From contig NC_088313.1 of NCBI RefSeq assembly GCF_910592395.1, forward strand, positions 17,702,500 to 17,766,499: DNA of 64,000 nucleotides, written 5' to 3'. The stretch comes from Lineus longissimus. Lineage: Eukaryota. The number at the start of each line of letters is the position of its first letter. Within the stretch, counting starts at the first letter, position 1. Positions 12,306 through 26,100 of this stretch are shown here, piece after piece. The notes beneath the pieces were generated by a model, which searched no databases, was not told the origin of the DNA, and was given only the letters and a program-made list of their open reading frames with translations. Both the position numbers and the translations under genes were made by a program.

Positions 12306-15300
12306 ATACTTTGCGGAAAAACTTCATTGTGATGATTGGTTGATTCAGGATGAGTTGCTGTGTGATTTGTAAGTTTGTAAATAGGACCCATATACAGTAA
12401 AACATGCTTATGTGAATTTGACATTGTCCAAAATGCCTGATAAAAGTGCGTTGACTAGACTGGTCCTACAAGCAGACGAACTTGATCAAGCATACTCTCT
12501 GAGAAGAAAACAGTTATGGATACGGCTCGAATCACGCTCATTGCACCAGCTTGCATAACAAAGCTGGAACTAACTTATAGAATGATGTGTCACACTTTCA
12601 TTTACTGGTCACTTTTTATGGTAGAATGCATATAATTTATATTCAATGTATATATAATGATATAGATATGATTATAACGTCTATATGTACCATAAATTTA
12701 TATAACGTCAGGTCGCATGTATAGGACAGCTATGACTTGTGTAGCGTACAGCCGTACGTGTACAATGTATGACGTCATTGTTTCCTGTTGCGCGAGAAAT
12801 GCTCGTTTGTGGCAGAGTCTTTCATATACTTTATTAAAAGACTCTGTTTTTGCAAGGTTTGTGCCAAGTGACAAGATGATATTTAGAGGTTTTCGGACCC
12901 CTTCATATTCAGTCGATATATATATGTAGATGGCGAAGTCTTTTTTGTGAGATAAATATATATATATACTCATCGCGTGGTGTTGGGGTATATACGTTTC
13001 CACTGAACGCGTTTACGAGATCGCCACGGTATTTGTTATTTTGTCCACCCAAACTGAACCGACAGAAGTTTGCTTTGCGATGTCGCATGCCCAGTGCGAA
13101 TAATGCAAAATTGCATTCACTGCAGTGGAAATCTACCCTTAATTGTATCTTCCAAGTATTAGTGAGTTTCCCCATCGCTCACGAACATCGATTACGAATT
13201 ACGAATTCCAAGCACAAATGCTAAGAATTTGCCCTTCGTGAATCTTCATTCTTGTGTGATGCGGGAACTCACTACGACAGTATTGTCGACGCGTCGCATA
13301 TTTGTACTTCTTATGATTATCCAGAAACAAACATTCAGGAACCATTTTACACGTTAAGATTGGCATTATTGATGTTGTGATCAGAGTATTCGTTTAATTG
13401 GTCTTGTCTACCGATTAAATATATTAAAATTCGCGCTTTGACTTCACCTAGCATCTAATTACAGCACGCTTTTCCCTTTACAAACGTACCGACTGAAAGC
13501 GATCGTCTGAATCTGTTACTTTCGTGTTCCCCTGGGATAATTACCCGCTAAAGTTTTTCCAATTAAAAATAGCGCAATTTCTTTTCGCGTTTGGACGTTA
13601 TTCACGAGCACTTTGCACCCCATGAATTCTAGATTTAGGAATACCCGTGTGCGGAGAGTCTGTTGAATCGTGGATTTTGATATGGATCGTTAAAATGGTG
13701 AACGAAATATGTGTAATTTGCATGTTCTTGGGATGAATGGTGTAAGACTGCGTCGAAAAAATAATGGGCCGAATCGACATATTTTGTCGTCTCTCAAAGC
13801 GGTGTTGCTGATAATTGGCATTCCATTTTCTCATCCGCGTTCTCCCACATGTCCAAGTCTCACCACTGATAACCACCGTTAAGTGCTGACTTGCTCATAT
13901 GCGTACTTTTTACATTGTGGTTAATATAGCTTGGAAAGTCATTGTGTTTTTTTAAGTAAATCACAAATACTGCAACATCGCCCCAAGGGTACTAGTATTT
14001 GAGATGCGGCCAACCGGCATGATTGTAATGCATAGTGTTGTCCCCTTTTGGGGTGATATGCCCAATCAGCCACTGAGAATGCAATAACACATTTTGCTAC
14101 CATCGTTGTTATCTGGTTATTGCTAAGAAATAATGGTTTTATCCTCTCAAAAAGTATAAATTAATTGGTTTGCCATAGCTGGAAGAGTGAGAATGCGAGT
14201 GTGGTTGTGTGAACGAATGGCCCATACGAAGGACACTTCAATCGTATAGTTAAAATGCAGTTTTAAAAGCTATGTGTATTTACAGTATGTGTGCACTTGG
14301 TCGAAGTATCGTAGTACGAAGTCCAACATTTCCGAAGTAACTTGGGTAGAAAAAAATTTGCGGGAAGATTAGACTTTCGGCATTGTTGGAATATTTACAA
14401 TCGTCATGAACAGGCACTGGTGATCCGGGGTTTTTTCAGGCGAATTTGGACGATTGTGTGTGTGTGTGAGTGCGTGTGGGTGGACCGTGCATCTCTCAGA
14501 AGAAACAGATGAAACAACACACAAGAATAAGTTGTCGGCATTTCCTGAAAGCTGTCGGCAGTATTCCGTCGTCAGTGATTTTGCGGCACACACTGTCATT
14601 GTCCTCCACTTTGTTACTTCCGCGCTGCCTTTTTCTCATTCTGCTTATCATCCGAATCTAGAAGAAGCGCCGAAACAACATAATTGATCGGGGATCGGTA
14701 AATATATACACAGGTACATGTGCCGGTATTTGCTCTACCCTGTTACGACAATTGTGATTCCCAACCACCAGTTTTCCGCTTTCATAAAGTAAGCAAAAGA
14801 TGTATGGACACGGCAGCTATATTCCGTCGTGATGCTGTCCTGATTTTTCCAGGATAGGCAAATTCAATTGAATGGTAACAGGGTGTGGATGGAGAAAACT
14901 GGATACGAAACAATCAAACACGCTAAAGTTGGTTTAACCAATCCCTTGTTCATTTATTGGAATCGTAGAAAGCAAACAGGAAAAGCAGTTTGACAATCCA
15001 ACGCATTGTTGACATTCAACCTGGTTGGAATTATGAGACGAAAATGGTAGGAACAAGCAATCCATTATTACCTAAAAACTATATTACAACCAATGCATGA
15101 AACCCTTGTTTGGTTTGCGAAGTTGATCTGAACTAAACCAGCAACTCAATACCATCCATCATCTTGGACGACTCATCGAACTGGAAAAAACATTCATATA
15201 TTATGTTATTTGCAGAACTTCTCACGAAGTAACTAAACGATCTTTGGTCGATACTGACCAAGCATTTCCCTCCGGCATCTCTGGCCATTTGCTGTATCAT

Positions 15301-15894
15301 GTCAGCTGAAGGCATTGATTTGCAAGTTCATGTTCAGGATGAAGACACAACTAGTTTGTTCAGATGGCAAAGCGATACACAAGTCCACTCTGCATACAAA
15401 TGTCAGAAGGCTTCATCTTTCTGCGTAACGAGATGATAACACACCTGATAGAAAGACTTCTGTGATGTTGTCTAAGCTTATCAGGGGACAGGCCGCCTGT
15501 AACTTCTCCGATGCATCTGTAAGTGAATAAGTAAGCACTGGCACAGGCCATGTCTTCATTCTTCGCTGACTAAAGGTGCGTGCACAGATTTAGTAATAGA
15601 CAGGATCTCTCTATTCTCTCTTACCGGATTTTTTCATTGTTCTCCTTGAAAAACAGATAAACAAGAAACATCGCGGTAAGACGGGAGTGTCTGCATCGTT
15701 GGGTCGTAAAACGTGAACAGATTATACTTTTTATTTTTCTTTGTGAAAAAAATGTACAGAAAAACTCTAACATCTGACAACTAGCCGCAGCTATACATTT
15801 ACGTTGGGTGGGGAGTGAATTCGTCTATTCAGGATTTTCTTTGAGAACGTGTGACGCCAGAGAATTGAAAACAGTGACAGCGAAGTGCGTTTAA

Positions 15895-16329
15895 GCCCGC
15901 TGCACACTAGCCGCCAACTTTGGCGACAAGAAGCGTTCAGCTGACGCCTCTCGACGCCGAAGTTGGCGGCCAGTGGATCCCGGTCAGAGCACACCTGCCC
16001 AGAATCGGCGTCCAGTAGCGTCTTTTCCGCCACTTTAGGCTGCCATTTTGAAATCATGTGACATCAAGACGCATACTGATTGGCCATAGCCTCGCCGCCC
16101 ACGCCAATTCAAGCGGCAATCCGTAGCACACCTGGCTTCTTCTTGCGTTCAAACGCGGCGACACGCGTCAAAAATCAAAACATCAAGATCAAGATATTTG
16201 GCGTTTAGTTGCGGCAAGTCGCGTTCGCCGACGCCGTTCGTAGCAGACTAGGGATTTTTCAGGCGTTCAGGACTCTTGCGGCAAAAAACGCCTGTGAACG
16301 CCGAAGTTGGCGGCTAGTGTGCTACGGGC
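15895..16329. mobile_element. MITE / foldback element with about 31-bp terminal inverted repeats
   Basis: Left end gcccgctgcacactagccgccaactttggcg. Right end cgccgaagttggcggctagtgtgctacgggc, the reverse complement with 2-3 mismatches. A third copy of the motif at about 15953 makes an extra hairpin at the left end. No coding capacity. Confidence 0.55.
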
Positions 16330-17324
16330 TTTATTGTTTCTTTTTCTGATATCAAGTCACTCCAGATCATGTTCCTGCCGGTCTAGAAATGGGTGTGTGA
16401 ATGCATTTGGATCGACATGTGTGAATCAGATCAGTGACTCTCTAATTAGTGTGATTATTGACGGGAGTTCCTCAATCTGGAGAGTTCATGTTGTACATGA
16501 AACTTAAAATCTTCTAATCAGTCTGCCGGCAGACGATGCCACCCAATGTTTGACCTTGTCAGTGTCGCTTTTCTGTGTAGAACGCGATCATAGGCCTACT
16601 GTCGCGTGCAGAGTCTAAGAACTCAGGGGATGAAATTACAGAAGATTGATATCGTCCCACGTGTTTTTAATATAAGCACCAAACTGTAAAAATGAAAGGT
16701 TAATATGCGGTGTACATGTAATAACGACTACTAGTTTCTCTTTGGAAACGCCCACTTGACTATGTATTGCCTTTCTTTTAATATGTATATAAGTGCCAAA
16801 CGTTTGTCAATTTAAGAGCACAGCATTAACTCCCGCACCTTTAATTACCGATGATTTTACATTAAACACCCATTGTTAGTTTTACTCGGATTGTGTTGGT
16901 TCCGAGGAAAATTGTATTAGAGTTTAAAGCCAAAGTCCTGTTACAAATTTGTGTTCATACCCTGAATGTATGTAGATCGAAATTATTGAATCTAATTTTA
17001 TTGCAGCTCGGAATCCAATTGGACGCTGTCATTCATGACATACCATGTTGCTTGAATCCTTATGGTAAGCATACGGGCAGGGCAGAGCTGAGGTTGAAAG
17101 GTATTGACCCATTTTGACTAGTTGTTAAAACTGTGCTTCGTTTCATTTTAACTAAACATCACCTAGCTATGACTGTAAAGTATTCTTAGTATTTTTCACA
17201 CTCGTTCTCCTAATATACATGTATATATTTGGCCGGAATTTTGGAATGAATTCCAAAGTCTTCAACGGTCATTACGTTCTATCATTAACTACTTTCCGAA
17301 AGCCCTTCGTAAACGTCGTCGTCG

Positions 17325-17575
17325 TCCTATTGGCCAATCAGATTCTCTAAACTCCTTCTTCAACACAGCCAATCAGAGCGTCGCGTATTTTAGTCAGACG
17401 ACTGGTCAATTTTGTGTCTTCCTTTCGGAATGACGGTAATGGACATCATGGCTCAGCGTCAACTTGCATTATTACATTTTATCAGCTAATGAGAGTCATT
17501 TGTTCTATCATTGAATCAACTGACCAGCATTGTCAAAAAACCGCATGACTGGCCAATGGCTATAGCATACATACA
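17325..17575. promoter_or_regulatory. Cluster of CCAAT boxes (NF-Y-type), including a palindromic ATTGGCCAAT
   Basis: cctattggccaatcag, cagccaatcagagcg, gactggtcaat and ctggccaatggc all lie within 250 bp. No associated gene was recognised. Confidence 0.3.
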
Positions 17576-20094
17576 TGTGCATGTACATTTACTGAGCTAT
17601 GGTGGCTGTGGAAAGAAATAGCATTCCGCGATAATGAGGTCACTGCAGCTGCTGCCCTCTATTTCCCCATCGCTGAATTACAGGCAATGTCGGACAAACA
17701 TGCGGTTTCGTAATGGATTCAGGCTTTCTAACTAGGGCAGTTAGATTCAATCTGGCACATGTCCGAGTGTTGGAAATAGTGTACATGTACTACATAATTG
17801 TTCTGAATATTTCTCTCTCTGACTCTATGGTATCATTCATGCTAAAAACAATGCGGGGTCAAAGATAATTGACTTTGAAATAAGCTCAAATGCGTAGAAA
17901 TAAATGTCGATGTCCGACTGTCAATATCTTATTCAAATGACCTTGTGAGCTATAAATAGTAACGTCGCGGAATGCTATTAGGCAGGTTTCACAAGCCTTA
18001 CGAGGTGCAGGGAGTTGTCTTTATTCCAATCCCTACGAAAAGCTACGAAGGAGGTATGCAAATGCATTTTGTCGTTCGTGATGTGCATTTAGATGTTCTA
18101 GTATAACCCCAGCCTAGATCACAGACAAATGCAGAATGTAAAGTAGCTGCGATAACCAGCGCAAACGACAGATTTTTGTTGCATGCGATAATTGCGGCTC
18201 CCAACTACATTGGCGCTCGTTGGCGAGACGCTTTAGACACGAGCGACCGATGTGCCATAAAATTTGTATATATGTACTCGAAAACGGCAAAATTGTACAT
18301 GTATATAAAATATTCGATTATGTTTACATGTAGTAGCATAATTAAAAGCTGGTTCGATCACCACTCGAAGGCAAATGTAAAAACTGCCGCTGTTGCACAA
18401 CTGAGATGAACCGGACCTTGGCTTATACATGTGCAGTTATGTGACCAAATAATGTGCGACTTAGAATATGTACAATGTGTAAAAACAAAATGTACGAACG
18501 TTGTGAGCATATAATGTTACATATATTCAGGTTATGTAATAAATATCTATCTCTAGGTAGATTCATCGTTGTTATTTATGTCAGGTCCATCTTGACCACC
18601 GAGGTTTTTGCATCTTATCAAGATTTGATATACCCCGGCTATGTTTAGAGGGAGTATCGACCATGAGATTCATGATGGTCAGGTCCAAAACTTGAAGAAT
18701 ATCTTTGAAGATACGCCAGCTTCCGAGTCAGACAGGGATCACCCGACGGCTAGTTGTCGCCGCCAAAGTGTGCCTGGACCACCAGTAATTACGAGCGGCG
18801 TGCCTGTCTACGGGCACTCTGCGGGTCCAACTGCGCATGTTCTGTGGCAAATGGGTCAAGGACCTGGGAGGAGGAGTGGAACAAACAGACAATAGAATAA
18901 TAGCTTCTCCGTTGCCCTTTGCCATACTTAGGATTAGTTCATGTGAGTTACGGCACCGAATGACCAACTGGTGAAACAGATCATTCGTTCTGAAGAGCCG
19001 TCACGAACATGGCATCACAATTTCATTATGGAGTACTTAGCAAGATAATCTCGCTGACCGTGCGTGTGATTCGATTACTGCATGGTCGGAGCACTGGTAA
19101 AATTGACTTGCTTATTAAGAAAAAGAAATTTTGAAGGCTTGATGAAAGCCATCCAATGTGACCAAAGCTTTGGTTAGGTACTTCAATAAATGCGCTTCCT
19201 GAGAATTCGGCTCTCTAATATCAAATTAGGGCTCAAGTTGGGTCCCACGATAGGTCCCATGTACATGTGATACAAAGACATCGGTCCGTGACAGTTATTC
19301 ATCCAGAACATAATGATAATGGCTCACCATGGCAGAGGGATGTCTCTTGACACCATCTGCCTTTGTCTCTACCAAGACATATAGGCAAAGCAGCTCAAAC
19401 GAGCTTAATTATAGTTCCTCGCTCAAAGCGTTTAGGCATCCTAATCTTCTGCCTAAGGGATGTCGAGAACATAGACAGTAAGGGCACAGTCGCCGTTTAT
19501 GTAAAGAGAGCAGGGACAATTTCTCCAATTACAATGTTATGTGTAGTCAGTCCTTGTCACATCCCCCTGGACAGCGGGAAATCTTTTCTTACAGGTTTGC
19601 AGTCCACTGCATCCGTGGGGAAAACATGAAGAAAGCTGATCAACATCGCCCAATACATTCTCACCCAGTTATCAAAGAAGTCAAAGAAGCTACGTAAACA
19701 CTAAAACCAAATATCTTCTTTTACCAAGCCTAGAAATAACAAACCCGTATCCTTTTTCCCTTTCCGCTCTTTCCTCCGCAACAAGTTTATCTAACCCTAG
19801 CAATCTACCAACAAAGCGATAAGGTCTTCATAGCAATTATGAAATTGGCCGTGGTCTTTCATGCGCAGGCTTTGAAGTCGCGTTTTTCATTTTCGTAATC
19901 TACCATCACGCACATCAGCGCCGCGAACTCAATCATGGCCGAATGAACAAATGACAACCAATCTATTACAATGCTGCTGAGGCTTTCTTGATGATTAATC
20001 CAGTGTCAACGACTGGTGACTATTTGTTATTTTTGGATGTGACAACGAAAATGAAGACAGGTCGTTGGGTTTTTTTTAAAATATATGTGCCAGC

Positions 20095-20525
20095 TCATCC
20101 GATTCGAAATAAATGGCGAGTCGAAATTAGAATGAAGTGCAACTGGAACAACCACAGGGAGGATTCGAAATAAAGGACAGGTCGAAATTAGAAAAGCGAC
20201 AATTTGACAATCGCGATGAGGATGCGAGATAAAGACAGTCGAAATTGGGAAAACGACAATGGAACAGCCACACGGAGGATGTGAGAGAAAGGACACGTCG
20301 AAATCAGCAAAACGACAATGGAACAATCACTATGAGGATGCGAGATAAAAGACAGTCGAAATCAGCAAAAGGACAATGGAACAATCACTATGAGGATGTG
20401 AGATAAAAGACAGTTGAAATCAGCAAAAGGACAATGGAACAATCACTATGAGGATGCGAGATAAAAGACAGTCGAAATCAGGAAAACGACAATGGAACAA
20501 TCAATATGACGATGCGTAAAAGTGA
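20095..20525. repeat. Minisatellite with a unit of about 59-60 bp and about 7 copies
   Basis: Repeated gacagtcgaaatcagcaaaaggacaatggaacaatcactatgaggatgcgagataaaa units. Confidence 0.85.
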
Positions 20526-20559
20526 TAGAAAAAACTGAATTTCAGGACATGGTTTATAT

Positions 20560-20608
20560 TTGACCCAAGGTTTTTATGATATTTTAATATCATAAAAACC
20601 TTGGGTCA
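20560..20608. repeat. Perfect palindrome with 22-bp arms and a 5-bp loop
   Basis: gacccaaggtttttatgatatt ttaat atcataaaaaccttgggtc. Confidence 0.9.
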
Positions 20609-21129
20609 ATGTCTTAAAAGGCATTTGTTTGCAAACATTGTGTGACAGGCCCCTGTTTGAATACGTGACAAAGACTGGAGCTGGATAGGCCAGAGATGTA
20701 ATTGCCAATTAGTAGTACCCGAACATGCAGTTGATAAAAAAATTAAATCGAAGCGTTATCTAAAAGCGTTTCGCTCGAGGTGTTAATTAATTTGAAGAGA
20801 CATTACAACTACACCAACAAGCACATTTCGCATACGTCCATCTCGTCAGAGCAGGTTAAACCGAACAAAGGTGTGCAGAATATAGCAAGGTAAGACAAGC
20901 GCCGCCTGCTCCCAATCGCAGCAACTGCTAAGACCAGAAATGATGATGTGTCCGAGGGTTCAGCATCGCAGTCTTCTGAAGATGACAAGAACATCAACAA
21001 TGTCTCAATATTCTGAACTGAAGGGCACTATCACAACCTGTATAGAATACAACAGGACCATATCTTGAGTAAATTTGTGTAACCATTGTCAGCACAAATG
21101 GATGTTCTATGTATGTTCTAGTATCACTA

Positions 21130-22725
21130 AAGACACGCCATAAGTGGATGGCCCACCTCTGTAACAATGGCGAAACATTACCGTCGGATGTCCCACCTAA
21201 ATGAAGACAGACTACCAGTGGATTTCCTAATAATAATAACTGTTTGCTGTGGCTGCAGTAGTCATAGTGACATCCTGCCGCTACAATCGGTCCTTCATTT
21301 GAGTATCGGCCAGTTGGCCTTGTCGTGGGCACGTTGCCGTAGTCGATGGAGATGTATCGCAGTGCGTAGTTGGCCCAGTCCGGCTTGTTTGAGGTCTGTG
21401 CGCGTGTTGCACCAAGTAGGTTTGTGCAACGCGTCCTTGTGACAGCAAAGTCAAGTGCCCTTTGGGTGGATGTCCTAACCTGGCTGGTATCAATAAAGAC
21501 ACACTTTGGGTTTGATGTCCGAGCTCGGTATCAATGAAGACACATTACGAGTGGATGTCTAACCGTATAATCAATGAAGGCAAACCACCGGTGGATGTTC
21601 TATCTTGATAACGATGACTATGCAATACCAGCGGATGTCCTACCTATATGAAGACAGGTCGCCATCAGAGGTTGTCCTACATTCGTATAGTGAAGACGCA
21701 ACTCCTGTGGATGTCCTACCATTGAGACCAAGGTAAAGGACACATCATGGTATCAATGAAGGCACACAATCAGTGAATGTTCTACCTTGATCATTGAAAT
21801 CACCCCACAAGTAGATGTGCTACATTCGTAACAACCATACCACTTCGTATCATCCATACCATGATAGCGGGTGCCTGCAATCACAATCTCCCAACATACC
21901 AATCGTGAAAGTCCTGTCTTGGAATCATTGAAGGCACACTACCAGTGGATGTCCAGCCTTGCTATTAATGAAGACAAACGCCACCAGTAGAAGTCTTATC
22001 TTCAAATGAAGACAAGCCACCGTCAGTTGATATCCTCTCTCAGAATCAATGAAAACACACCACTAGTAGATGACCTATCTTAGTATCAGTGAAGACAAAC
22101 CACTGGTGGATGTCCAACCTTGGGATCAAACACACCACTAGTATAAGTCCTGCACAATCAGTGGCTGCCCAACCTTGATATGAATGACCACACACCATCA
22201 ATGGATGTCTTACCTTTGAATGAAGACACACCACCACCAGTGGATGTCCTACCCCAGTATCAATGATGACACACCACCAGCAGATGTCCTGCTTTTACAT
22301 CAATGTAGACACACAGCAGTGGTTGTCCTACCTTGGAATCAATGAAGACACGCCACTGGTAGAGGTCTTACCTTTAAATGGAGACACACCACCACCAGTG
22401 GATGTCCTACCCCAGTATCAATGATGACACACCACCAGCAGATGTACTGCTTTTACATCAATGCAGACACACAGCAGTGGTTACTTGGAATCAATGAAGA
22501 CAAAACAACAGTGGATGCCCTATCTGATAGTGAAGACACGCACAAGCAGTGAATGTCCCACCTTGATATCAGTGAAGACAACCCTCAAGTGGATGTGCTA
22601 CCTTGGTATTAATGAAACACACCTCTAGTGGAAGTCCCATCTTTGGCTCATTGAAGGCCCACTACTAGTAGATGTCCAATCTTGCTATCAATGAAGACAC
22701 ACCACCAGTGGTAAGATAGAAGCCT
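21130..22725. repeat. Satellite array with a unit of about 55-60 bp and about 28 copies, with a roughly 160-bp higher-order repeat
   Basis: Recurrent ...caccagtggatgtcctacc...atcaatgaagacaca... units. The blocks at about 22228-22330 and about 22388-22480 are near identical, which indicates higher-order repeat structure. Confidence 0.85.
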
Positions 22726-23151
22726 TCCAAATGACATACATGCAAGGGTTCCAATGTTGTCCCAGTTACATGAGCAGCCAAAACTACATGAACTTTTTCA
22801 AGGACTACTCGAGTTGCCAAGTAAGGTACTTAGGTCTCTGTCTTCAAGACCACAGTGAGAGAGAAGCTATGGCAGAGACAGAAGGGTCCTGATGTTGACC
22901 AAGGTCAGAGACAAATAAAGAGAACACTGCAGATGAGGCACATGCTGATACACAGCACTCCAGCTTGCAAAAAACAACAACAAAATACATGTAATAAAAT
23001 GCATGAATCCATTGTTTATTTCTTTTCTACAAAATATCGACATCTTCAATATAAATGGAAAGTGACTGGCATTCAACCCTCCCAGGAAACCCCAGACCGA
23101 CTAACCCACTGACATAACAAACTGACCACAATTAGATATAACCCCCATCTC

Positions 23152-26100
23152 TCAGCTTTTCTCAGACACCACTTTCAGACCAGCCCCGGCCTCTAACCCA
23201 TCTGATGGAGCTTCAACCGGCTTAGGTAACTCTGAATTCACATTGCTCAATTCGGAATCACTGCATTTGGGCTCAATATTTTTCATTTTAAAGTCCATTT
23301 CGCAATCATTAGTGTCCGATTCCAACTTTGAGTCATTTTCACTTATTTTTAAGTCCGTTTCTTTCATGTCCTGTCCGATATTTGCAGCGTTTTCACCATT
23401 TTTGCCTTTCTCCTCTTTCATCTGTTCCTCTTCGGCTCGCTCTGCCTTAAATCCAGCTTGACCTGTTCCAATCTCAGCCCGAGGAGGCACCTCCATGTTC
23501 ACCCGATAGTCGTAGTTGTGACTGAATAAAGTACTTAACCAGTTCATCATACTGAGGGGTGTTAAGGCAAATCATTATCGCAGACATTCAAACTGGAATC
23601 TGCACCAGCACGAACGTTGTCCCGATCCTGCTTTCTCTTTAACAAATTTCTATTTCAAACAACATTACCTTATTTTAGTTTTTAAACTACTTATAATTCT
23701 GACAAAAGAAACAGGAAAAAGGCCTTGTCTGGCATGTCAATGTACCACAATTGTGCCATCATTGGGAAACTGTTATTCACTGAAAAAGCAGGACCAGGGT
23801 GCTACTGTCTTGTGCAGCTGGTTTGTTTCCTACTACGCTGGAGGTTCAGGGTCCATCCGTACTCGATAGTCAAACTTGTGACAGTGTAATATTCTCATCC
23901 AAGCCATCATACTGATGAAAGTAAAGGAAACCATTCTATGAAGGGTGGTCATATTTTACCACAGGCAAAACCAAGAAATTTGGCTTAATAACACAAATAC
24001 TGAAGACTCGAACAGACCCCCGAGTGAAACAACTCTATTTCAAGTGAAACCAAGCCCAGAATAAGAATTACTCATCTATTTCATTCCGTTTCTAAAAAGG
24101 ATACCTATTTTCTTCCTTCTCCGTTTTAACCATTGTGGAATAGATGTACTTTTTCTTGAATTCTGTGATGTCATCTTCGTAACGCTCAAAGCCAAGGGGA
24201 ATATGCACACCATCTTTACCAAATCGTCGATTGTATGAATCATAATGAAGCTAGAAGGGAAAACGCCATAAACCATCACTTTATTCGAAGTTTTGCTGAT
24301 TGCTTTTTTTCCCTTGACTTAATACGACCAAGATTTCGAGAGCTGATTATCCATATTTAGTTATCTGAACTCTTGAAGAGAAAGTGGGGATGACTTGGTC
24401 ACTGGGAAAATTAGTGACCAACATAAGCAGGCAGGTTCTCAGATGGAACTCACAAGGAGGCAACAACCAGCAAGTCAAGTAAGTCACCTTTTCTAACATC
24501 AGGCCTAATCCTGGTGCTTTGGGTACATCAGTTTTATAAGGACCAAATGACTTCTGGATACAGTCCACGCTTGCCAATCCACGCACAACTGCTATCATTA
24601 AGCCTGGAAAGAACAGCAAAGCTTACAATCAAACCCAGCACAAAGTTTGGCATCTGTTTTCGTTATTACCTACTTTTCACGTTCCACTGTTGACTTGATG
24701 GCTTATTTAAGGAATAAAGAAATGCCTAGTGTTAATGCAGTTTTCAGGGAAACCATTTAGAAGTCTTTCTTCATATCTCCTTCTTTTGCAATCCAACCAA
24801 GCCAAGCTAGGGACAATAAGTGCTTACCTATCATCTTCCTAATCTGATGTAACATGAAGCTCTGTCCTTTGACTGTGATGATTGCAAACTCGATGTCATC
24901 CTGTATAAATGGCTCACTGCACTTTATGTCAATGATGAACCTATTGGCACTCATTTCATGAGGTTTTCTGCAAGAGAAAATCAGAGAGGTGATATAATGC
25001 CTTAGATCTTAGACAGACTCAAACACATATCCTACATACTATCAATGAATGAAAATAATTGTAACAAGACTATGAGACTTACTTCCCAGATGTGAAGTTA
25101 TGGAAATTATGTGTTCCCTTATAAATGCCTAGGAGGTCGTTCACTCGCTTGATGGTTCCATCTGGAGCTCTGAATGAGCGGTAGACAACCTGTATGAAGG
25201 ATACAAGTATGCTTGTATGAGAACTGATCACTGCATTCTGGTGGAGACTTAGTCCTAAAAGACCAATTTGGGACAAATGAAATTATGATTAAACACCACA
25301 GGATTTTTTTCAGTGCAATTTTATAGATATCTTATTTGAAGACACAAGGGTTCCCACTGTAAGAAATTTGATTCGACTCTATGCAAATAAATTTTTTAGT
25401 AATGGTTTATGTAAGCTATGTACAGTAAATCTGGTAGCAAGCAAAATGGATAACAGATGACAAAAGGATTCATGGACTTACATTTTCAATTGGTGTAAAT
25501 GCAAATGTGGGTAGCATGTACGAGTATGTCCTGGAATCACAGTAGTTCTTACTGTCAAAGGCGGCTGTGGTCCTTAAGATATCTGCAAGAATAACAAGAA
25601 CAGGAGAAACCCAATGGGTGATTTTGTTCTATGACGGACCAACATCTCAGGTTTTCCATTAGACTTTTGTTGAAGTACAGCATCTGGAGCAATTCAAAGT
25701 GCTATAGCACTACACCAAAGAGTTAGAGTTGCAATAGAGGTGTTGACACACATGGCTCAGGACAGTATTGGCTCGAGGGATGTGGTGGCACAGTTGATAT
25801 AGAAATATCAAGTCGCAGGAGCGAGAGTGTCATACCTATGACTTTTATCTGTTCAGGAAGTACTGCGTTGATCTTTTCTTTCAGGTTGGGTATGTTATAA
25901 AAGAGGTAGAAAAGAGAAAGAAAAAACATTAAGCATACATTTACATATTTCAAATGAATAAAGCAATGTAACAATTTTGATCAAAACTCTATTATTTTTA
26001 GGTTTGTCAGAATGACATCAATTGCTCTTGCTGGTTTCAACATAAATACTTATCTTTATTGAGACACAATTCCCAGCTGCTGAAACGCCCTTGTCTGTTC

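Noticed and set aside
20994-21502. ORFs of 73-112 aa inside the 57-bp satellite (20994-21332 minus, 21167-21442 plus, 21281-21502 minus)
   Set aside because: They read through tandem repeats on overlapping frames and strands. The products are low-complexity with no recognisable domain. This is a typical repeat artefact.
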